From Candidatus Zixiibacteriota bacterium (GTDB taxonomy: Bacteria; Zixibacteria; MSB-5A5; GN15; JAAZOE01), in NCBI GenBank assembly GCA_043819555.1, contig JBDREQ010000073.1, positions 32,001 through 96,000 on the forward strand: a DNA stretch of 64,000 bases, given 5' to 3'. A program made the translations under genes and the position numbers. Below are positions 39,208 through 49,715 of the stretch, piece by piece. Position 1 is the first letter of the stretch. Each line of letters opens with the position of its first letter. The notes beneath the pieces were generated by a model, which searched no databases, was not told where the DNA came from, and worked only from the letters and a program-made list of their open reading frames with translations.

Positions 39208-39235
39208 GCAGGGCAGCATCCCAGCGATGCTGCCA
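39208..39235 (+). repeat. REP-like hairpin
   Basis: GCAG-GGCAGCATC-CCAGC-GATGCTGCC-A; near-copy at 42521-42548. Confidence 0.65.
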
Positions 39236-39398
39236 ATATGCTGCATTGTTGAAAATTCATGCAATTCACCTGAAATTAAAACTATTTTTGACGATTTTAG
39301 TATAAAGAGAAAGACCAAATTCGGATTAAAAATACCGCCGGAAATAAATGGCTTTGACCGGATTTTCAGTTATATTGGCTCGCAAGGAGAATCGAGAT

Positions 39399-40112
39399 AT
39401 GAACAAGATGGCGACTCTGACAGGATTGTCTTTTTTGATAATAATGGCTGTTTCGGTTGTTGCTCAGCCTGATATGAAAATAGATGGTGAAACTTTTGAT
39501 TTTGGCTTTGTCCCTCAGCAGGCCAAAGTAGCCCATGTCTTCTGGTTGAAATCAATAGGTGATACGACCCTGTATATCAAAACGGTTAAGCCGTCCTGCG
39601 GATGCACCAAAGCTCCTCTTGAAAAAGAACTGGTTGAACCGGGGGATAGTTCCAGACTCGAAATAACTTTCAGCACACGCAAATATTCAGGAAACGTCAA
39701 TAAAGCGATCAAAATGACAACCAATGTAAATGATTCGGTTCAAAATATATATGTGAAGGCCAATGTCTTTACCGATCCGGTCGAATTGACGCCGCTATCG
39801 ATCGAGCCATATTCTATTGAAATTACTGAGGAGACTGTCGGTCCCAATGATGAAATCTCATTTTCAATAATCAATAATTCACAGTCTGATGTTCGGCTAA
39901 AACCGATTGAATGGGCCGGGCATTTATACGATATTGATATTCCCGAAGTTATTAAAGCCGGAGAAACACGGCAGGGCAAAGTTATTCTATTTGCCGAATC
40001 CTATACGAAATCATTTACCAAATCGATAACGATTGAACTTGATGACAAGGACAAAACCCGCTATACATTGCCCGTATCAAAGCAGACATTTTTCCAAAAA
40101 AAAACTCAGTAA
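39399..40112 (+). CDS. Secreted DUF1573-domain protein
   Basis: ATG at 39399 after AAGGAG; signal peptide; FDFGFV, KPSCGCT, EPGDS..LEITF. Confidence 0.85.
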   Translation: MNKMATLTGLSFLIIMAVSVVAQPDMKIDGETFDFGFVPQQAKVAHVFWLKSIGDTTLYIKTVKPSCGCTKAPLEKELVEPGDSSRLEITFSTRKYSGNVNKAIKMTTNVNDSVQNIYVKANVFTDPVELTPLSIEPYSIEITEETVGPNDEISFSIINNSQSDVRLKPIEWAGHLYDIDIPEVIKAGETRQGKVILFAESYTKSFTKSITIELDDKDKTRYTLPVSKQTFFQKKTQ

Positions 40113-40128
40113 AATAAATCGCAATACC

Positions 40129-40158
40129 GGCCGGGAATCGCCCCCCGGCTTTTCTTTT
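40129..40158 (+). terminator. Intrinsic terminator
   Basis: GCCGGG-loop-CCCGGC-TTTTCTTTT. Confidence 0.6.
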
Positions 40159-40258
40159 ATCCTTTCCGCTTTACTTGATTTCCAAGCATCGACATTGTAT
40201 ATATAGGTTTAAAATTTGACAATTGATCTCGACTTTTAATTGGGCATAAGGCAATTAA

Positions 40259-41206
40259 ATGAACACAATTCTTGTAACCGGAGCGTTGGGTCAGATAGGA
40301 TCAGAATTAACTTCGGCGCTGAGAAAAAAATACGGCGAAAGCAGCGTTATCGCGACTGATATCCGGATGCCGTCGGATTTGAAACTGCGCGATTTGGGGA
40401 CTTTTGAAGTTCTTGATGTTACCGATGAGCATCATATCACACGCGTCATGCAACAGAACAAAGTGGACACCATTTATCATCTCGCCGCGATTCTTTCCGC
40501 GGTCGGAGAATCCCGGCCGGGAATCGCCTGGCAAGTCAATATGGGCGGATTATATAATATGCTTGAAGCGGCTCGGCAATATCATTGCAAGATGTTTTTC
40601 CCCAGTTCAATCGGAGCTTTCGGGCCGTCAACGCCCAAGAAAAATACGCCGCAAATGTCTGTTATGCGGCCGGAAACAATGTACGGTGTGACCAAGCTAT
40701 CGGGCGAACTTCTTTGTGATTATTATTTTCGGCGATTCGGAGTCGATACTCGCAGTCTGAGGTTTCCCGGATTAATTTCGTATGAAACCGAACCGGGCGG
40801 CGGGACAACCGATTATGCCGTTGAAATGTTTTTTGACGCAATCAAGCACAAAAAATATACCTGCTATTTGCGAGGAGATTCTTCTCTTGATATGATGTAC
40901 ATGTCGGACGCGATTAAATCGTTAATTGAACTTATGGAAGCTGATGGCGTGAAATTAATCAATCGAAACGCTTATAACATTACCGCGATGAGTTTGACTC
41001 CAGATATTCTTGCCAACGAAATTCGAAAAAATATACCCGAATTTGAAATCAAATATGAAATTGACCCAGTTAGGCAGAAAATTGCGGATTCATGGCCGGA
41101 TTCTATAGACGATTCTGTGGCACGGAAAGAATGGGGCTGGAAAAATGATTATGATCTACCCATGATGGTTGAGGATATGCTTGATAAAATCAAAAAGAAA
41201 ATTTAG
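40259..41206 (+). CDS. tdh: L-threonine 3-dehydrogenase (extended SDR type)
   Basis: ILVTGALGQIGSEL, HLAAILSAVGE, PSSIGAFG, YGVTK, PGGGTTDYAV, RQKIADSWP; adjacent to kbl. Confidence 0.88.
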   Translation: MNTILVTGALGQIGSELTSALRKKYGESSVIATDIRMPSDLKLRDLGTFEVLDVTDEHHITRVMQQNKVDTIYHLAAILSAVGESRPGIAWQVNMGGLYNMLEAARQYHCKMFFPSSIGAFGPSTPKKNTPQMSVMRPETMYGVTKLSGELLCDYYFRRFGVDTRSLRFPGLISYETEPGGGTTDYAVEMFFDAIKHKKYTCYLRGDSSLDMMYMSDAIKSLIELMEADGVKLINRNAYNITAMSLTPDILANEIRKNIPEFEIKYEIDPVRQKIADSWPDSIDDSVARKEWGWKNDYDLPMMVEDMLDKIKKKI

Positions 41207-41228
41207 GATATGCAAGGAGATATTATAA

Positions 41229-42452
41229 ATGCCATACGAGAGATTTTCGCGACATCTGCAAACCCAGATTGATGAACTGAATTCCACCGGTACGGCCAAG
41301 GGCAAAGAACTGGTTGTGACCGAGGTTCTAAGAGCCAACGGAACACGCGGCCCGTGTTTCAAGCTTGACGGTTACGGCGACAAAGAATTTATTCGGATGA
41401 ATTCAAATTCGTATTTGGGTTTGCAATTTCAGGGACATATGCTCAAAGCTGAAGAAGATGGCGCTCAAAAATATGGGGTCGGTCCCGGTGCAGTCAGGTT
41501 TATCAGCGGCACATACGAACCTCATATCGAACTTGAAAAACGATTGGCGATATTTCATGGCCGTGATGACTGTATGCTCAACAGCTCCGCTTATACGACT
41601 GTTCTTGGCGTTATCTCGACTCTGGCGACGCCTGAAACAATTATTATCTCCGATGAGCTCAATCACAATTGTATTATAAATGCCATGAAACTGGCCCGAC
41701 CCAAGGGTAAGAAAATATATAAGCATCTTGATATGAGCCAGCTGGAAGAACAAATCAAGCAATCGATTGGGCAATGCGAGAATATTTTACTTATCACCGA
41801 CGGCGTATTCAGTATGCGCGGAGATTATGCTCCTCTCGAAAAGATTTGCGAAATTACCGAAAAATATAATAGCGATTTTTCAAAAGATATAGTTCTTGTG
41901 GTCGATGATTCGCACGGCGTTGGCGCTTATGGCGCGACAGGGAGAGGCACCGAAGAAATTTGTAATGCCAAAGGTATAGACATATTAGTTGCCACGCTGG
42001 GCAAAGCATTCGGAGTCAACGGTGGTTATATCGTCGCCAATGGAGCCATCGTGCCATATCTGCGAGAGAAAAATCCGTTCTATATATATACCAATCCAAT
42101 CACTCCGTCGGAAACGACAACCGCTCTGCAGGCGCTGGCAACACTCGACAGCGATGCCGGCAAAGCGCTTCTAAAGCATCTATCTAAAATGACTAAAAAA
42201 TTTGAGCAAGGGCTTCTGGATTTGGGATTCGAAACGATTCCTTCTCCGCATCCGATTGTGCCGCTTCTCGTGCGAGATACTGAAAAGACGACGAGACTTG
42301 TGAAATATCTGCGCGATAATGGCGTTCTGGGTACGGGTCTGAATTATCCGGTGGTTCCGAAAGGCGATGAAACGATTCGCTTTCAGGTCTGCGCCGACCA
42401 TACGGCATATGATATTGATTGTGTTCTGGAAGTATTGAAGAAGTTTGAATAG
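41229..42452 (+). CDS. kbl: 2-amino-3-ketobutyrate CoA ligase (glycine C-acetyltransferase)
   Basis: SNSYLG, AVRFISGT, SDELNHNCI, TDGVFSMRGD, DDSHG, TLGKAFG (PLP lysine), YPVVPKG. Confidence 0.85.
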   Translation: MPYERFSRHLQTQIDELNSTGTAKGKELVVTEVLRANGTRGPCFKLDGYGDKEFIRMNSNSYLGLQFQGHMLKAEEDGAQKYGVGPGAVRFISGTYEPHIELEKRLAIFHGRDDCMLNSSAYTTVLGVISTLATPETIIISDELNHNCIINAMKLARPKGKKIYKHLDMSQLEEQIKQSIGQCENILLITDGVFSMRGDYAPLEKICEITEKYNSDFSKDIVLVVDDSHGVGAYGATGRGTEEICNAKGIDILVATLGKAFGVNGGYIVANGAIVPYLREKNPFYIYTNPITPSETTTALQALATLDSDAGKALLKHLSKMTKKFEQGLLDLGFETIPSPHPIVPLLVRDTEKTTRLVKYLRDNGVLGTGLNYPVVPKGDETIRFQVCADHTAYDIDCVLEVLKKFE

Positions 42453-42467
42453 ATGATTTAATGCTAA

Positions 42468-42634
42468 CCGTCAGTTTACAATTTCGCTTTTCGCGAAATC
42501 AAGAACTGACGGAACAGCCAATAGGGCAGCATCCCCGCTATGCTGCCATTAATTGAATTAAATTATCGCGCTATGCGCGATTGGCGGGATCTTTCTCGCT
42601 ACACTCGAAACCTTCAGCAGGGCTCCTGACCTAC
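42468..42634. repeat. Cluster of hairpins and REP-like elements between convergent operons
   Basis: CCGTCAGTT...AACTGACGG (42468-42512); ATAG-GGCAGCAT..ATGCTGCC-A (42521-42548); minus-strand GTAGGTCAGGAGCC...GATCCCGCCA (42582-42634). Confidence 0.65.
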
Positions 42635-42646
42635 TGTTAAAAAATT

Positions 42647-44065
42647 TCACATCTTCAAATTAAAACACACCACTTTGGGTTCGGTCATTTCCTGGAGGGA
42701 GAATTTTAATCCTTCGCGACCGAGGCCGGAATATTTCACGCCGCCGAACGGCATCGAATCCAAACGATAATCGGTCGAGTCGTTTATCATAACGCCGCCG
42801 CAATCAAGCTCATACGAAGCCTTAAAAGCGATATCAATATTATTTGTAAAAATCGCCGCCAGTAGTCCATAGGGGAGAGAATTGGCTTCTGCTATGGCTT
42901 TATCCAAATCATTGATATGATAAAAATTAACCGTCGGGCCGAAAACTTCTTCGCAGTGAATCGTGACGCCTTCAGGCAGGTTTTCCAAAACAGTCGGCTC
43001 GTACAATGCGCCGTTACGTTTTCCCCCGGTCAATAATGTTGTCCCTTTTTCAACCGCTTCATTGACCCATTTCTCAACCCTTATTGCTTCGGCTTCCGTT
43101 ATCATCGGACCCATGTCGGTTTCTTCCTTCATCTTATCGCCGATGATATATTTTTTCGTCTGTGCCACGAATTTATTTTTAAATTCATCATAAATATCAT
43201 CATGAATCAATAGCCTCTGGACACCAATGCAGTTTTGACCCGCCGCCCAGAATGAACCGGATACGCATGATTCAACCGCCAGATCAATATCGGCATCTTT
43301 CCAAACAATAACGGGCGAATTGGACCCGAGCTCCATTCCGATCTTCTTAATTCCGGCTTTGGCCGCGATCTGTTTCCCAGCCTCGACTCCGCCCGTGAAA
43401 GAAATCATCCGCACCCGTTCATCACTAACAAGGGCATCTCCAATCTTGGAACCATACCCGGTAATGACCTGAATCGCTTGTGGTGGTAATCCTGCTTCGA
43501 GCATTGCCTCGACAAGTTTAATCGCCGACAGCGGAGTGACCGTAGCAGGTTTTAATATGACAGAATTTCCGGCCGCGAACGCCGGGCCGATTTTATGAGC
43601 CACCAGATTCAACGGATCGTTGATCGGCGTAATAGCCAAAATAACACCGATTGGAAAACGATAATAATACCCCTTGCGATTTTCTCCTCCGGGAAATGAA
43701 TCGAACGGAATTGTTTCGCCCAATATACGCTTGGCCTCTTCAGCCGAGCAGGTAATAGTATTGACGCAGCGCGACGCCTCCTTCCGGGCTTCACGAATTG
43801 TCTTGGAACCTTCCCGGGCAATCGTCTCGGCGAATTCATCAAGCCTCTCAGAAATAATTTTCGCCGTCTTGAATAGAATTTGAGCCCGCTCATATACGGT
43901 CATTTTCTTCGTGATTTCAAATCCCGCGACTGCGGATTTGAGGGCCGTTTCAACGTCTTTTACCGTTCCGGCAGGAACGGTATCTATTATTGAATTATCG
44001 AACGGGTCGCTTACTTCAATTTTAGTCTCTCTATCGACCCATTCGCCGTTTAAAAGCATTTTCAT
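42647..44065 (-). CDS. NAD(P)-dependent aldehyde dehydrogenase
   Basis: ITPIN.PLNL, KPA, SFTGG, ELGSNSP, GQNC (catalytic Cys), EEVFGP, MPFGGVKYSG. Confidence 0.93.
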   Translation of the reverse strand: MKMLLNGEWVDRETKIEVSDPFDNSIIDTVPAGTVKDVETALKSAVAGFEITKKMTVYERAQILFKTAKIISERLDEFAETIAREGSKTIREARKEASRCVNTITCSAEEAKRILGETIPFDSFPGGENRKGYYYRFPIGVILAITPINDPLNLVAHKIGPAFAAGNSVILKPATVTPLSAIKLVEAMLEAGLPPQAIQVITGYGSKIGDALVSDERVRMISFTGGVEAGKQIAAKAGIKKIGMELGSNSPVIVWKDADIDLAVESCVSGSFWAAGQNCIGVQRLLIHDDIYDEFKNKFVAQTKKYIIGDKMKEETDMGPMITEAEAIRVEKWVNEAVEKGTTLLTGGKRNGALYEPTVLENLPEGVTIHCEEVFGPTVNFYHINDLDKAIAEANSLPYGLLAAIFTNNIDIAFKASYELDCGGVMINDSTDYRLDSMPFGGVKYSGLGREGLKFSLQEMTEPKVVCFNLKM

Positions 44066-45099
44066 TGTTTTCCCCCTGCGTAAATGATATCAACCAGCGC
44101 ACTGTAGCCGGTTTCGATTTTGCCCGCTCCAGGTCCTATGATAGTGATATCGCCCAAAGTATCGTTTGTTATCGTAATTGCATTTATAGCGCCCATAACC
44201 CCCGCCAGAGGATGCGATATGTCGATTTCCTGCGGTGCCACGCCGGCTCGGACTTCTCCGTTTTCTTTCCAAACGCGGCCAATTAATTTATACCTCTTGC
44301 CATTGCATTTGGCGCGGGCGATATCCTGAAGAGAAATACTCGTAATTCCTTCGCAGCTAAAATCCTGTGGTTTGGCTCTGGCTCCGAAAACAGCATTTGC
44401 CAAAATAGTGACTTTGGCCAAAGCATCCCATCCCAAGACATCGGCGTCAGGAACAGCTTCGGCATACCCAAGTTCCTGCGCCTTTTTGAGAGCTTCGCTA
44501 TAATCCATACCTACTTCCATTTGGGATAGGATATAGTTGGTTGTACCATTTAGAATGCCCTTGATTTCAGTGATTTCGCTTCCGATAAGAGTCTCTCGAA
44601 TCAGGTTAAGAAGGGGCGTACCGCTTATTACCGTTCCTTCATAGTAAAAACCGACGCCATTCTTTTTTGCCAACTGTTTCAATTCATGGAAATACAAAGC
44701 AACCGGTCCCTTATTCATAGTCGTCACATGCATGCCGTTTTCCAGGGCGGCCCGAATATGGGAAGTCGCGGGCTCGGCCGTTTTTATATCGGTGTAAGTA
44801 GCTTCGACCATCATATCCGCCTTGGCATGGTTTATCAATTGCAAGGCATCTCCCTCGAAATTATCGGGCAGTTCATTTAGTTTTTTCCCTTCTTTAATAG
44901 TATCCAGGATAAACTGCAAATCGATACCGTTCTCTTGATAAATACTCCCGTGCCGCATATCGGCTATGCCGACTACTGAAATTCCTTCAACCATAAGATT
45001 GGAAAGCATTTTAGATTTTTTAATAAGTAATTCTGCCAATCCCTGCCCCACGGTGCCAAACCCAATGATCAATAATCGCAAGTTGTCCTCCTTTTTCAC
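44062..45099 (-). CDS. hom: Homoserine dehydrogenase (short form, no ACT domain)
   Basis: IGFGTVG, NKGPVA, YEGTVISGTP, GILNGTTNYIL, GYAEA.P..DV.GWDALAK, GPGAG; stop overlaps the ALDH start (ATGA). Confidence 0.9.
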   Translation of the reverse strand: MKKEDNLRLLIIGFGTVGQGLAELLIKKSKMLSNLMVEGISVVGIADMRHGSIYQENGIDLQFILDTIKEGKKLNELPDNFEGDALQLINHAKADMMVEATYTDIKTAEPATSHIRAALENGMHVTTMNKGPVALYFHELKQLAKKNGVGFYYEGTVISGTPLLNLIRETLIGSEITEIKGILNGTTNYILSQMEVGMDYSEALKKAQELGYAEAVPDADVLGWDALAKVTILANAVFGARAKPQDFSCEGITSISLQDIARAKCNGKRYKLIGRVWKENGEVRAGVAPQEIDISHPLAGVMGAINAITITNDTLGDITIIGPGAGKIETGYSALVDIIYAGGKQ

Positions 45100-45250
45100 T
45101 CGGTGTCAAACTATAATGTACTTTAGTCTTAAACCCTCTGTTTGCTATAGACGAATATTCTCAACAAATATTTAATTATTTTTGGAAAATCTCAAATCGA
45201 GACCTCCAAAAAACTATTATGATGATAAGTAAAAAAAAGTGAAAGGGCAA

Positions 45251-45276
45251 TCCACAAAATATGTCCACAAAATATG
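45251..45276. repeat. 13-bp perfect tandem direct repeat in a divergent promoter region
   Basis: TCCACAAAATATG twice. Confidence 0.7.
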
Positions 45277-45296
45277 CAAAAAGGAAAATACGCAGC

Positions 45297-45325
45297 TTGC
45301 CTTTTTACTTCGCCTATTGTATAAT
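45297..45325 (+). promoter_or_regulatory. Sigma70-type promoter of the HMG-CoA synthase operon
   Basis: TTGCCT, 17 bp spacer, TATAAT. Confidence 0.65.
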
Positions 45326-45396
45326 ACTGAACTTTGCGTATTTATAGTATGACGCCGTTAGTAAGTAAGACATAACTTTTGAATAGAGGTATTTAA

Positions 45397-46443
45397 ATGG
45401 TTGGAATAGTTGGTTATGGAGCGCATATACCCCGGCATCGCATCAAAGTAGAAGAAATAGCGAAGGTTTGGGGAGCCGATGCGCCCAGTTACAAGAAAGG
45501 GCTGATGCTTCGCGAGAAATCAGTGCCGACTCCCGATGTCGATACAATTACGCTTTCGGTTGGAGCCGCCAAAAATGCCCTAAAAAGAGCCATGATTAAC
45601 CCCAAAGACATTGGAGCTGTTTATGTTGGTTCCGAATCACATCCCTACGCGGTTAAGCCGTCAGGGACTGTAGTGGCTGAAGCGATTGGATGTGTTCCCG
45701 ATTGCCATTGCGCCGATTTTGAATTTGCCTGTAAAGCCGGTTCTGAAGCGATGTTTGTTACTTTGGGACTTGTAAAATCAGGATTTATAAAATACGGCCT
45801 GGCCATCGGAGGCGATACCTCGCAGGGAGCCCCTGGCGACGCCCTGGAGTATTCGGCCGCGGCCGGAGCGGCGGCGTTTATCATGGGTAAAAAAGATTTA
45901 ATTGCAGAATGTATCGATACTTATTCATTTATGACCGATACGCCCGATTTTTGGAGACGCGAATATGAATTTTATCCTCAGCACGGCGGACGTTTCACTG
46001 GTGAACCGGCATATTTTAGGACTGTTACCGGCGCCGCTAACGGGATATTAAAAAAAGTAAACATGAAACCTAAAGATTTCGATTATGTGATTTTTCACCA
46101 GCCAAACGGTAAATTTCCTCAGAGGATTGGTAAGAGACTCGGTTTCACTCCCAAACAAATAGAACCGGGCTGGCTGGCTCCAAGGCTGGGCAATACTTAT
46201 TCAGGGGCTTCGCCGATTGGCCTGACTTCAACTCTTGATATTTCCAAACCAGGCGACATGATTCTGATGATTTCTTATGGCTCTGGAGCCGGTTCTGATG
46301 CTTTCGTCTGGAAAGTCACCGACCGCATAAACGAAGTCCGCGATCTGGCCGTTCATACGACTACTTTGCTGGATCAAAATAAAACTTACGTCGATTACGG
46401 CACTTACGCCAAATACCGGCACAAAATCCTGAAGAATAATTAG
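45397..46443 (+). CDS. Hydroxymethylglutaryl-CoA synthase, archaeal type
   Basis: GSESHPYAVKP, EFACKAG (catalytic Cys), TDTPDFWRR, HGGRFTGEPAYF, FHQPNGKFP, GNTYSG, SYGSGAGSD. Confidence 0.9.
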   Translation: MVGIVGYGAHIPRHRIKVEEIAKVWGADAPSYKKGLMLREKSVPTPDVDTITLSVGAAKNALKRAMINPKDIGAVYVGSESHPYAVKPSGTVVAEAIGCVPDCHCADFEFACKAGSEAMFVTLGLVKSGFIKYGLAIGGDTSQGAPGDALEYSAAAGAAAFIMGKKDLIAECIDTYSFMTDTPDFWRREYEFYPQHGGRFTGEPAYFRTVTGAANGILKKVNMKPKDFDYVIFHQPNGKFPQRIGKRLGFTPKQIEPGWLAPRLGNTYSGASPIGLTSTLDISKPGDMILMISYGSGAGSDAFVWKVTDRINEVRDLAVHTTTLLDQNKTYVDYGTYAKYRHKILKNN

Positions 46444-46449
46444 GAGGAA

Positions 46450-47616
46450 ATGAAGATGAGAGATGTTGCTGTTGTCGGTATAGGTATCATGAAATGGGGT
46501 GAGTTGTGGGAAAAATCGTTCCGCGATATTTTCACTGAAGCCGCCCTGAATGCTATGGATGATGCCGGTATCGATAAAATAGATTCATTGATAGTGGGAT
46601 GTATGACAGGCGGGATGTTTGTCGGTCAGGAACATGTCGGCGCAATTATGGCCGATTACCTCGGCCAGCGCCACATTCCGGCGGCGCATGTGGAATCTGC
46701 CTGCGCCTCCGGCGGGCTTGCGTTTCGCCAGGCCATGATTGAAGTTGCCTCTGGAATTTCCGATATCGTGATGGCCGGCGGCGTTGAAAAAATGACTGAC
46801 ATTTCCGGCGACGGCGCGACTTATGCTCTGGCTGCGGCCGCCGATCAGGAATATGAAGTATTTCATGGCGTGACTTTTCCGGGTCTCTATGCCATGATGG
46901 CCCGCGTTTACATGAAAAAGTATAAAACGACCCGCCGCCAGCTTTCGGCGGTGCCTTATAAGGCGCATCAGAATGGATCCAAAAATCCTTATGCTCAGTA
47001 TCCATTTCCAATTAAGATTGAGGATGTGGAAAACGGCGTCAAAGTCGCCGACCCTTTGCATATTCTGGATTGCTCTCCGATAACCGATGGCGCCGCGGCT
47101 TGTATTTTAACGACGGTTGATATCGCCAAAAAAATGAAAAAACCGTATATACGGATTACCGGTTCGGCGATGGCGACCGATACGATTGCGCTGCATCAGC
47201 GAGAAAGCCTGACGACTCTTAAATCAACTGAGTTGGCCGGAAAGAAAGCGCTTGCGATGGCCGGTCGGAAAATCAGCGATATTGATTTGGTCGAAGTTCA
47301 TGATTGTTTTTCAATCGCGGAAATCATCGTCACCGAATCGCTCGGGTTTTTCAAACCGGGTCAGGGAGCCAATGCGGCCGCCTCTGGCGCCACAGCGCTG
47401 GATGGTAAAATTCCGGTTAATCCTTCAGGCGGGCTAAAATCAAAAGGTCATCCAGTCGGTGCGACCGGTATCGGTCAGGTTGTGGAGATTGTCAAGCAGC
47501 TTCGCGGCGAGGCCGAGAATGGCAGACAGATAAAGGGCAATCCCAAAATTGGGATGACTCAAAACATGGGCGGCTCCGGTGCTTCGGCGGTGGTGCATAT
47601 CCTGGAGGTGGCGTGA
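46450..47616 (+). CDS. Acetoacetyl-CoA thiolase, archaeal/SCP2-thiolase type
   Basis: [51 protein letters not shown]. Confidence 0.9.
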   Translation: MKMRDVAVVGIGIMKWGELWEKSFRDIFTEAALNAMDDAGIDKIDSLIVGCMTGGMFVGQEHVGAIMADYLGQRHIPAAHVESACASGGLAFRQAMIEVASGISDIVMAGGVEKMTDISGDGATYALAAAADQEYEVFHGVTFPGLYAMMARVYMKKYKTTRRQLSAVPYKAHQNGSKNPYAQYPFPIKIEDVENGVKVADPLHILDCSPITDGAAACILTTVDIAKKMKKPYIRITGSAMATDTIALHQRESLTTLKSTELAGKKALAMAGRKISDIDLVEVHDCFSIAEIIVTESLGFFKPGQGANAAASGATALDGKIPVNPSGGLKSKGHPVGATGIGQVVEIVKQLRGEAENGRQIKGNPKIGMTQNMGGSGASAVVHILEVA

Positions 47617-48011
47617 TGTTTCCATCAAGAATCTGGAGAGAAATGCCTCAGCGTTACCGCCTCGAGGCCTCAATTTGTAAAAAATGCGGAAAACGATTTT
47701 ATCCGCCGCGGCTGATTTGTGACAAATGCGGTTGCCGTAAATTCGAGCTGTATAATTTACCTGAAGAAGGAAAATTGCAAACATTTACGGTCATTCGTAC
47801 ACCGGCTTCGCAGTTTTCTGACCAGGCACCGTATGCGATAGGAATAGTTAAATTTGACGATGGTCTTCAAATGACGGCGCAGATCGTTGATTGCGATGTG
47901 GATAAACTGAAAATCGGCCAGAAAGTCAGGCTTGAATTCAGACGCATTCAAACTGACCAATCGCATGGCGTTTTGAGTTATTCCTATAAACTCGTACCTA
48001 AATGGTATTAG
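47613..48011 (+). CDS. DUF35 Zn-ribbon/OB-fold scaffold protein
   Basis: [44 protein letters not shown]; overlaps the thiolase stop. Confidence 0.9.
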   Translation: MMFPSRIWREMPQRYRLEASICKKCGKRFYPPRLICDKCGCRKFELYNLPEEGKLQTFTVIRTPASQFSDQAPYAIGIVKFDDGLQMTAQIVDCDVDKLKIGQKVRLEFRRIQTDQSHGVLSYSYKLVPKWY

Positions 48012-48016
48012 ACAAT

Positions 48017-48044
48017 AAAAGGGCTTCCGCGTGAAGCCCTTTTC
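48017..48044 (+). terminator. Intrinsic terminator between DUF35 and the carboxyltransferase
   Basis: AAAAGGGCTTC-CGCGT-GAAGCCCTTTT. Confidence 0.75.
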
Positions 48045-48102
48045 TATATATTTCAGCAGGGGTGTAATACAAAGAAATGTGTTATTAATCTGATAGGAAA
48101 AT

Positions 48103-49710
48103 ATGTTTAAAATCGAATCAAAAATTAATACCAGTTCGTCAGCCTTTAAGGAAAACGACAAATTAAATCGAGAAGCCGCTCGTCTATACAAACAGCGAAT
48201 CGAAGAAATTAAATTGGGCGGCACGGATAAGGCCCGAAAGTTGCATACCGAGCGCGGCAAGATACTACCGCGCGAGCGGGTCGAAAAACTCCTCGATAAA
48301 AATACGCCATTTCTTGAATTGTCGCCTCTGGCCGCCTACGATATGTATAAGGGCAAAGCCCCCGGCGCGGGTGTAATAACCGGTATCGGAATTATCCAGG
48401 GTCGGGAAGTTATGATTGTCGCCAATGATGCGACGGTCAAGGGCGGAACTTATTTTCCGGAAACAATCAAGAAACATATTCGGGCTCAGGATATCGCGCT
48501 TGAAAATAACTTGCCGTGCGTCTACCTGGTCGACTCCGGGGGTATTTTTCTGCCCCAGCAGGCTGGTGTATTTGCCGATAAAGAACACTTTGGCCATATC
48601 TTTTTCAACCAGGCCAGACTATCGGCCAATCGCATTCCCCAGATTGCCGTTGTTATGGGCTCATGCACGGCCGGAGGAGCTTACGTTCCGGCCATGTCGG
48701 ACGAAACCGTTATTGTTCGCAAGCAGGGGACGATTTTTATAGGCGGGCCGCCGCTGGTGAAAGCAGCCACCGGCGAAGTCGTTTCTCCAGAGGAACTTGG
48801 TGGCGCCGATGTTCATTGCCGCGTTTCAGGAGTAGCCGATCATTATGCTCAGAATGATGCCCACGCGATCTCGATTACTCGCAACATTGTTGAAAATCTC
48901 GAAAGAACTCAGAAGTTTCCGCTTGATATATCACACCCGGAAGAACCGCACTATGATCCTGAAGAGTTATATGGCGTTGTGCCCAATGATCTCCGCCATC
49001 CGTATGATGTTCGTGAAGTCATAGCCCGCATTGTTGACGGTTCGCGGTTTCATGAATTCAAGGAATTATATGCCCCGACTCTCATAACCGGATTTACCCG
49101 CATTATGGGTTATCCGGTTGGTATTCTGGGAAATAATGGCGTTATCTTTGGCGAATCATCCCAAAAAGGCGCTCATTTTGTCGAGCTTTGCTGCGTTCGC
49201 AAAATCCCGCTGATATTCCTTCAAAATATCACCGGCTTTATCGTCGGCAAACAATATGAGAGCGGGGGCATCGCCCGCGATGGGGCCAAAATGGTTCATG
49301 CCGTCGCCAATGCACAAGTTCCCAAATTTACGGTTGTCATCGGCGCCTCGCATGGGGCCGGCAACTATGCCATGTGCGGACGGGGATACGAGCCTCGTCT
49401 GATGTGGATGTGGCCGATGGGTAAAATTTCGGTCATGGGAGGAGAGCAGGCCGCCGGGGTTTTAGCTGATGTCAAAGTGGCTCAGATGGCTCGCCAGGAT
49501 ATAACTCTCACCGATGAGGATATTGACGCCATCAAGCAGCCGATTCTTGACCAGTATGAACTCGAGTCATCGCCGTATTATGCCACCGCCCGGCTTTGGG
49601 ATGATGGTATCCTCGATATGACCGAAACCCGGCAGGCATTAGCGCTGGGCATCGCAATGTCGCTCAATCAACATATCCCCGATCATAAGTTCGGGGTCTT
49701 CAGGATGTAA
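48103..49710 (+). CDS. liuB: 3-methylcrotonyl-CoA carboxylase, carboxyltransferase (beta) subunit
   Basis: [57 protein letters not shown]-terminal FGVFRM. Confidence 0.9.
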   Translation: MFKIESKINTSSSAFKENDKLNREAARLYKQRIEEIKLGGTDKARKLHTERGKILPRERVEKLLDKNTPFLELSPLAAYDMYKGKAPGAGVITGIGIIQGREVMIVANDATVKGGTYFPETIKKHIRAQDIALENNLPCVYLVDSGGIFLPQQAGVFADKEHFGHIFFNQARLSANRIPQIAVVMGSCTAGGAYVPAMSDETVIVRKQGTIFIGGPPLVKAATGEVVSPEELGGADVHCRVSGVADHYAQNDAHAISITRNIVENLERTQKFPLDISHPEEPHYDPEELYGVVPNDLRHPYDVREVIARIVDGSRFHEFKELYAPTLITGFTRIMGYPVGILGNNGVIFGESSQKGAHFVELCCVRKIPLIFLQNITGFIVGKQYESGGIARDGAKMVHAVANAQVPKFTVVIGASHGAGNYAMCGRGYEPRLMWMWPMGKISVMGGEQAAGVLADVKVAQMARQDITLTDEDIDAIKQPILDQYELESSPYYATARLWDDGILDMTETRQALALGIAMSLNQHIPDHKFGVFRM

Positions 49711-49715
49711 AGTCG

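Noticed and set aside
45397..48011. PhlABC-type acyltransferase or polyketide cluster
   Set aside because: The first protein keeps the HMGCS catalytic Cys and His motifs, and no phlD/type III PKS is nearby.
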